Assembly (NCBI GenBank): GCA_950097015.1
Contig: CATNEN010000002.1
Coordinates: 4,030,001 to 4,094,000, forward strand
DNA from: Macrostomum hystrix
Taxonomy: Eukaryota > Animalia > Platyhelminthes
DNA: 64,000 bases
Direction: 5' to 3'
Shown here one piece after another: positions 58,801 through 64,000 of the stretch. The position numbers and the translations under genes were made by a program. The notes beneath the pieces are model-generated. The model had not been told where the DNA came from, did no database searches, and was given only the letters and a program-made list of their open reading frames with translations. Numbering within the stretch: the stretch's first letter is position 1; the number at the start of each line of letters is the position of its first letter.

Positions 58801-61549
58801 AGGCCAACATCAGACCACACAGCTCACCAATAACCAACCACCTATACCACACTCTATAATCACCTTTACTCATCTCCCTTCCTCCCTTCCTCCCTTCCTC
58901 CCTTCCTCCCTTTCTCCATTCTTCACTTCCTCCCTTTCTCCTTTCCTCCCTTTCTCCTTTCCTCCCTTTCTCCCTTCCTCCCTTCCTCCCTTCCTCCCTT
59001 CCTCCCTTCCTCCCTTTCTCCATTCTTCACTTCCTCCCTTTCTCCTTTCCTCCCTTTCTCCTTTCCTCCCTTTCTCCCTTCCTCCCTTCCTCCCTTCCTC
59101 CCTTCCTCCCTTCCTCCCTTTCTCCATTCTTCACTTCCTCCCTTTCTCCTTTCCTCCCTTTCTCCTTTCCTCCCTTCCTCCCTTCCTCCCTTTCTCCATT
59201 TTTCACTTCCTCCCTTTCTCCCTTCCTCCCTTCCTCCCTTCCTCTCTTCCTCCCTTCCTCCCTTCCTCCCTTTCTCCTTTGCTCCATTCTTCACTTCCTC
59301 CCTTCCTCCCTTCCTCCCTTCCTCCCTTTCTCCTTTGCTCCATTCCTCCCTTCCTCCCTTCCTCCCTTTCTCCTTTCCTCCCTTCCTCCCTTTCTCCTTT
59401 CCTCCCTTCCTCCCTTCCTCCCTTCCTCCCTTTCTCCTTTCCTCCCTTCCTCCCTTTCTCCTTTCCTCCCTTCCTCCCTTTCTCCTTTCCTCCCTTCCTC
59501 CCTTCCTCCCTTCCTCCCTTTCTCCATTCTTCACTTCCTCCCTTTCTCCTTTCCTCCCTTCCTCCCTTTCTCCTTTCCTCCCTTCCTCCCTTCCTCCCTT
59601 CCTCCCTTTCTCCTTTCCTCCCTTCCTCCCTTTCTCCTTTCCTCCCTTCCTCCCTTTCTCCTTTCCTCCCTTCCTCCCTTCCTCCCTTCCTCCCTTTCTC
59701 CATTCTTCACTTCCTCCCTTTCTCCTTTCCTCCCTTTCTCCTTTCCTCCCTTTCTCCCTTCCTCCCTTCCTCCCTTCCTCCCTTCCTCCCTTTCTCCTTT
59801 CCTCCCTTCCTGCCTTTATAAATTCTTTAATTTTCTTTTTCTGGAATTAGCTGCAAAAGTAGGGCCAGCTTTCTTAGCCGGAGTCCAGAGTAAACTTTGA
59901 GCACTGTGAGAATACTAACTTGGATAAAGTACTCAATTAGCCTTTTCGATTGGTCTTAGCTATGCCCGCGAACCCGAAGTCGTGTTGCGAATTCTAATTC
60001 AATATTTTAAATTAATTATTCAACTCTATGCCAACTATTTTGTTATTTAATCTCTAATTCTAGCAAGGAATAATGCAAAAGAAGGTGAGTTTATCACTTA
60101 AAAGCGCAGCTATTTGGTTATTTTACCATACGAGCATAAATGACTTTTTTAAGGAGGCCTAAAATCACAATCGAATTAACAACCAGCTTGCGCTTTTTAG
60201 TGCGATTTTTGTTTTAGTTTTTCAAATAATGCATAACAATGATTTGCTTTTAGCATGAGGCCGCAATGCTCGCAGAGAATATCATTCGATATACTAATTA
60301 AGTGCATCCGAAGTTTTATCGTTTTGTAATCAGAATTCGCTAGTACCACGTGATTAGAATCGATTTTCATTGGACGCTGAAAATCTTAGGATTCAGAACA
60401 CGTGACTAATTAAAATGGTCGCTATTGAATAAAGAAATTCTTTAGTAGGTCACGTGACTAATCCAAATATTTTCATTGGACCACGTCGATATGATAAAGT
60501 ATGTCACGTGACTTCGAGAAAGAGCTTTAATTTCGCTACTGATCAAATAGCATGTGTTGTGGGACGAAAAGTGAAGATGAAGTCACCTGACAGGAAAACG
60601 TAATTCGTTATCAGTTTCTTGGGATACAATAACAAACTAGATTCAGAATAAAAATACTGTACCTCAGCTTTGGCATGCGAATTGAGCTGTTTTTACAATT
60701 TTGTTTGCCACCGCTGCCTTAATTCGATTAACTTGTTAAATCTGGACGGGATTATATGGTTGGTTCTTAGCGGGATCCTTGGTGGGATCCTTGGTGGGAT
60801 CCTTGGTGGGATCCTGGGTGGTATCAAGGGTGAGATCCTGGGTGGGATCAGAGTGGGATCAGGGTGGGATCAGAGTGGGATCAGGGTGGGATCAGAGTGG
60901 GATCCTTGGTGGGAGCCTGAGCAGTTTCCTGGGTGGGATCCTGGGCGGGATCCTTGGTGGGATCCTGGGTGGGATCCTGGGTGGGATCCTTGGTGGGATC
61001 CTGGGTGGGATCCTGGGTGGGATCCTGGGTGGTATCCTGGGTGGGATCCTGGGTGGGATCCTGGGTGGGATCAGAGTGGGATCAGGGTGGGATCAGAGTG
61101 GGATCAGGGTGGGATCAGAGTGGGATCAGGGTGGGATCAGAGTGGGATCAGGGTGGGATCAGAGTGGGATCAGGGTGGGATCAGAGTGGGATCTTGGTGG
61201 GAGCCTGAGCAGTTTCCTGGGCGGGATCCTGGGTGGGATCCTGGGCGGGATCCTGGGTGGGATCCTGCGTGGAATCCTGGGCGGGATCCTTGGCGAGATC
61301 GTGGCGGGATCCTGGGTGTGATGCTTGGAGTGAGTTTTGTTGCACCCTATTGAGACTGCACTCAATTCATATGAGATTGGATATTATTCGCATTACTACC
61401 CCAAGCAGGACTATGACGAGCAGGACATGCTGTTCTTTAAGAGGGTCATCCTGGACCAGTGGGATGTCAACCACGATGGCAAGATAAGCAAGGACGAGCT
61501 GAAGATGATCTTGCTGCAGCAGAGCCGCATCGCCTCCCAGATGGTCTGA
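40705..61549 (+). CDS. Cbp53E: Calbindin-32 / calretinin-family hexa-EF-hand calcium-binding protein, 11 exons, 295 aa
   Basis: Spliced translation [15 protein letters not shown]...[25 protein letters not shown]...[64 protein letters not shown]...; six EF loops; near-colinear with recalled Drosophila Cbp53E; all introns GT-AG and frame-consistent. Confidence 0.93.
40845..41602. repeat. 18-bp minisatellite CTCACACCGTCTGTCTAC
   Basis: About 40 copies starting 22 nt after the exon-1 donor. Confidence 0.93.
41951..41964. promoter_or_regulatory. X-box-like motif in calbindin intron 1
   Basis: GTTGTCATGGAGAC. Confidence 0.3.
42291..47890. repeat. 5.6-kb purine-rich satellite, core 20-mer GGGAGAGAAGGGAGACAGAT drifting to GGGGAGAGCTAGGGAGTCAGGAA
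   Basis: Seen directly; includes kb-scale internal duplications. Confidence 0.97.
48997..49254. repeat. (CAG/CAA/CAT)n trinucleotide tract
   Basis: About 85 mixed triplets. Confidence 0.9.
50278..50918. repeat. 21-bp repeat CTGCTTCTCCAACTCACCTGT
   Basis: About 30 copies; minus strand reads (ELEKQTG)n. Confidence 0.93.
51602..51687 (+). CDS. Cbp53E: calbindin-like exon 2
   Basis: ttttgcatag acceptor completes GGC; GAG|gtgagt donor. Confidence 0.9.
51757..52853. repeat. 20-bp minisatellite GTCACCTGTTTCACTTGGAT changing to GTCATCCGTTTCACCTGAAT
   Basis: About 55 copies. Confidence 0.95.
52938..53027 (+). CDS. Cbp53E: calbindin-like exon 3 (EF2)
   Basis: attgcag acceptor, GAG|gtaatt donor. 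Confidence 0.9.
53114..53200 (+). CDS. Cbp53E: calbindin-like exon 4
   Basis: attttcag acceptor, CGC|gtgagt donor. Confidence 0.9.
54268..54612. repeat. 33-bp minisatellite CCTCACCTCTGTGACCCTTCCAGCACCCTCCAA
   Basis: About 10 copies. Confidence 0.92.
54938..54994 (+). CDS. Cbp53E: calbindin-like exon 5 (EF3)
   Basis: ttccctcag acceptor, AAG|gtaaga donor. Confidence 0.9.
55088..55165 (+). CDS. Cbp53E: calbindin-like exon 6
   Basis: tctgcag acceptor, ATG|gtgagt donor. Confidence 0.9.
55193..55686. repeat. 16-bp minisatellite GATGGGATATTTTGAA
   Basis: About 30 copies. Confidence 0.9.
56143..56198 (+). CDS. Cbp53E: calbindin-like exon 7 (EF4)
   Basis: gattccag acceptor, CG|gtaagt donor. Confidence 0.9.
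56275..56320 (+). CDS. Cbp53E: calbindin-like exon 8 ([15 protein letters not shown])
   Basis: aattgcag acceptor, AAG|gtgagg donor. Confidence 0.9.
56391..56700 (-). mobile_element. SINE family A copy in a calbindin intron
   Basis: Colinear similarity to 4237-4601. Confidence 0.72.
57285..57915. repeat. 26-29-bp minisatellite GAGGAGAATCTTCCCGAATCCTAATT
   Basis: About 23 copies. Confidence 0.92.
58108..58164 (+). CDS. Cbp53E: calbindin-like exon 9
   Basis: atttcag acceptor, CGG|gtgagc donor. Confidence 0.9.
58600..58671 (+). CDS. Cbp53E: calbindin-like exon 10 (EF5)
   Basis: tccccgcag acceptor, GAG|gtaaat donor. Confidence 0.9.
58872..59810. repeat. Polypyrimidine simple repeat (CCTCCCTTC/CCTTTCTCC)n
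   Basis: About 940 nt of nearly pure C/T. Confidence 0.95.
60772..61315. repeat. 11-12-bp repeat GGGATCCTGGGT / GGGATCAGAGT
   Basis: About 45 copies in two interleaved variants. Confidence 0.92.
61409..61549 (+). CDS. Cbp53E: calbindin-like exon 11 (EF6, stop)
   Basis: ccaagcag acceptor, TGA stop at 61547-61549. Confidence 0.88.
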   Translation, partial: DYDEQDMLFFKRVILDQWDVNHDGKISKDELKMILLQQSRIASQMV

Positions 61550-62299
61550 GCGATTTCCTTTTAGAAAAAAACTTGACTTTGTAGTTTCCATCGCTTATAA
61601 AGAGAAATAACTCCAACCAAACTACTCACTGTCGACAAGTAGTGAGGAAACGCATTATTTGACAGAAAAGTGAAAATTTTGTTGAGATTTAATTTCATTT
61701 TCTTAACACATTGAATTTTTAGTCTAACTAGAAAGTTTAAAAAAATAGTGAATATGCGTTTTACACTACTTAAAACGTTGAGCAGGATCGCGGTGTTGTG
61801 CACAATATTAGGACTGACATTCAAGCATTATTAAATCTTATCTAAATTGATGTTATGTGAATTATAAATTAAGACTAGATTATAATCCCTAGGTATATTT
61901 ATTACGACCTGAAATTAAGATCCAACGTCATATACAGACTTTCAACAGTATTTTCTGCTATCCTTTATTCATATTTTATCTTTTTCTTTTACAGTTTGTT
62001 AATCTGCGATAAGCTTTGCGGAAACTGAACACCTTTTTGAATCCCGCTTATCGACCACCACCTTAAAATCCCGTTTTTTTATTTACTTTCCTTTAGGTAG
62101 ATCCCAGAAAATGCTATAATTGGCAAAAACTTTTGCCACTTCGCTTCTTTTTTTCGATATTCGCCTGTCACACTCTACGCATACTACTATAATTTGTCCT
62201 CATAACCTTATAGCATATATATATCGAATAGATTTTATTATTGTTGTTGTAACCCGCGTCCTAAAAACTTTTCCGTGATAAAATTTTGAATGGCAATCG

Positions 62300-62316
62300 A
62301 ATAAACAAATAATAAA
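62300..62316 (+). terminator. Tandem AATAAA polyadenylation signals of the calbindin-like gene
   Basis: AATAAA at 62300 and 62311, about 750 nt after the stop. Confidence 0.45.
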
Positions 62317-62368
62317 GGTTTATTAAAACTTTCATATCCGGATTTCATACAAAAAGTGAGTGAAAAAG

Positions 62369-62976
62369 TGACTGCTGACTGACTGTTGACTGACTGTTGA
62401 CTGGCTGTTGACTGACTGTTGACTGACTGTTGACTGACTGTTGACTGACTGTTGACTGACTGTTGACTGGCTGTTGACTGACTGTTGACTGACTGTTGAC
62501 TGACTGTTGACTGACTGTTGACTGACTGTTGACTGACTGCTGACTGACTGTTGACTGACTGTTGACTGGCTGTTGACTGACTGTTGACTGACTGTTGACT
62601 GACTGTTGACTGACTGTTGACTGACTGTTGACTGACTGTTGACTGACTGTTGACTGACTGCTGACTGACTGTTGACTGACTGTTGACTGACTGTTGACTG
62701 ACTGTTGACTGACTGTTGACTGACTGTTGACTGACTGTTGACTGACTGTTGACTGACTGCTGACTGACTGTTGACTGACTGTTGACTGGCTGTTGACTGA
62801 CTGTTGACTGACTGTTGACTGACTGTTGACTGACTGTTGACTGACTGTTGACTGACTGTTGACTGACTGTTGACTGACTGTTGACTGACTGTTGACTGAC
62901 TGTTGACTGACTGTTGACTGACTGTTGACTGACTGTTGACTGGCTGTTGACTGGCTGTTGACTGACTGTTGACTGA
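62369..62976. repeat. 11-bp repeat GACTGACTGTT
   Basis: About 55 copies. Confidence 0.95.
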
Positions 62977-63237
62977 ATGTCTATCGTTTTGAGTTAATTT
63001 TATTAACCTGTTAAGTTGAGATTGACTTAGAAGTTAAAACGGTTCTAAAACTGCTGTTACTTATCTGTTTATCTAGAGTAGTTCTGGCCATAGAAATTTG
63101 CAAATGTCTTCAAGATCTATCTTTTTTAGCCATACTCAAACGACAGTTTTGTGTAGGAGAAAAAGAGACTCAAAGTGCAAAAACCAGTTGCTTGACTGAG
63201 TGGCTAGTCTGCAATTTGCAACTCTTTCAAGCGAAGC

Positions 63238-64000
63238 ATGAACGACGAAACACGTGAGCGAAACACAAACGACGAAACACGTGAGCGAAGCATGAACGAC
63301 GAAACACGTGAGCGAAACACAAACGACGAAACACGTGAGCGAAACACAAACGACGAAACACTTAAGCGAAACACAAACGACGAAACACGTGAGCGAAGCA
63401 TGAACGACGAAACACGTGAGCGAAACAAAAACGACGAAACACGTGAGCGAAGCATGAACGACGAAACACTTAAGCGAAACAAAAACGACGAAACACTTAA
63501 GCGAAACACAAACGACGAAACACTTGAGCGAAGCATGAACGACGAAACACGTGAGCGAAACAAAAACGACGAAACACTTAAGCGAAACACAAACGACGAA
63601 ACACTTGAGCGAAGCATGAACGACGAAACACTTAAGCGAAACAAAAACGACGAAACACTTAAGCGAAACACAAACGACGAAACACGTGAGCGAAGCATGA
63701 ACGACGAAACACGTGAGCGAAACAAAAACGACGAAACACGTGAGCGAAGCATGAACGACGAAACACTTAAGCGAAACACAAACGACGAAACACGTGAGCG
63801 AAACACAAACGACGAAACACGTGAGCGAAGCATGAACGACGAAAGACGTGAGCGAAACAAAAACGACGAAACACTTAAGCGAAACACAAACGACGAAACA
63901 CTTGAGCGAAGCATGAACGACGAAACACTTAAGCGAAACAAAAACGACGAAACACTTAAGCGAAACACAAACGACGAAACACGTGAGCGAAGCATGAACG
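63238..64000. repeat. 27-bp minisatellite AACGACGAAACACGTGAGCGAAGCATG (runs off the window)
   Basis: About 28 copies with alternating variants. Confidence 0.95.

Overview
Eukaryotic (metazoan) DNA with GC-rich exons and AT-rich, minisatellite-filled GT-AG introns; the style suggests a free-living flatworm such as Macrostomum (inference only). I assembled two plus-strand spliced genes by hand. Gene 1 is a giant nesprin/SYNE1-like spectrin-repeat KASH protein: 26 frame-consistent exons, 3080-38160, about 5,490 aa, plus a candidate ATG exon at 1675-1758. Gene 2 is a calbindin-32/Cbp53E-like hexa-EF-hand gene: 11 exons, 40705-61549, 295 aa. The rest is more than 20 distinct tandem arrays (largest 5.9 kb and 5.6 kb) and two tRNA-derived SINE families. 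The most interesting signal is that the nesprin looks re-wired. It has a 6.3-kb exon with about 110 S-P-x-K/R repeats, an adjacent FHA/cupin-like beta-rich insert, an apparently lost LEWD kinesin motif, a KASH ending in GLPY instead of PPPX, no CH domain in the window, and RFX X-boxes near a candidate internal start. Most long ORFs in the supplied track are satellite artefacts. Homology statements come from recalled family sequences and need database confirmation.
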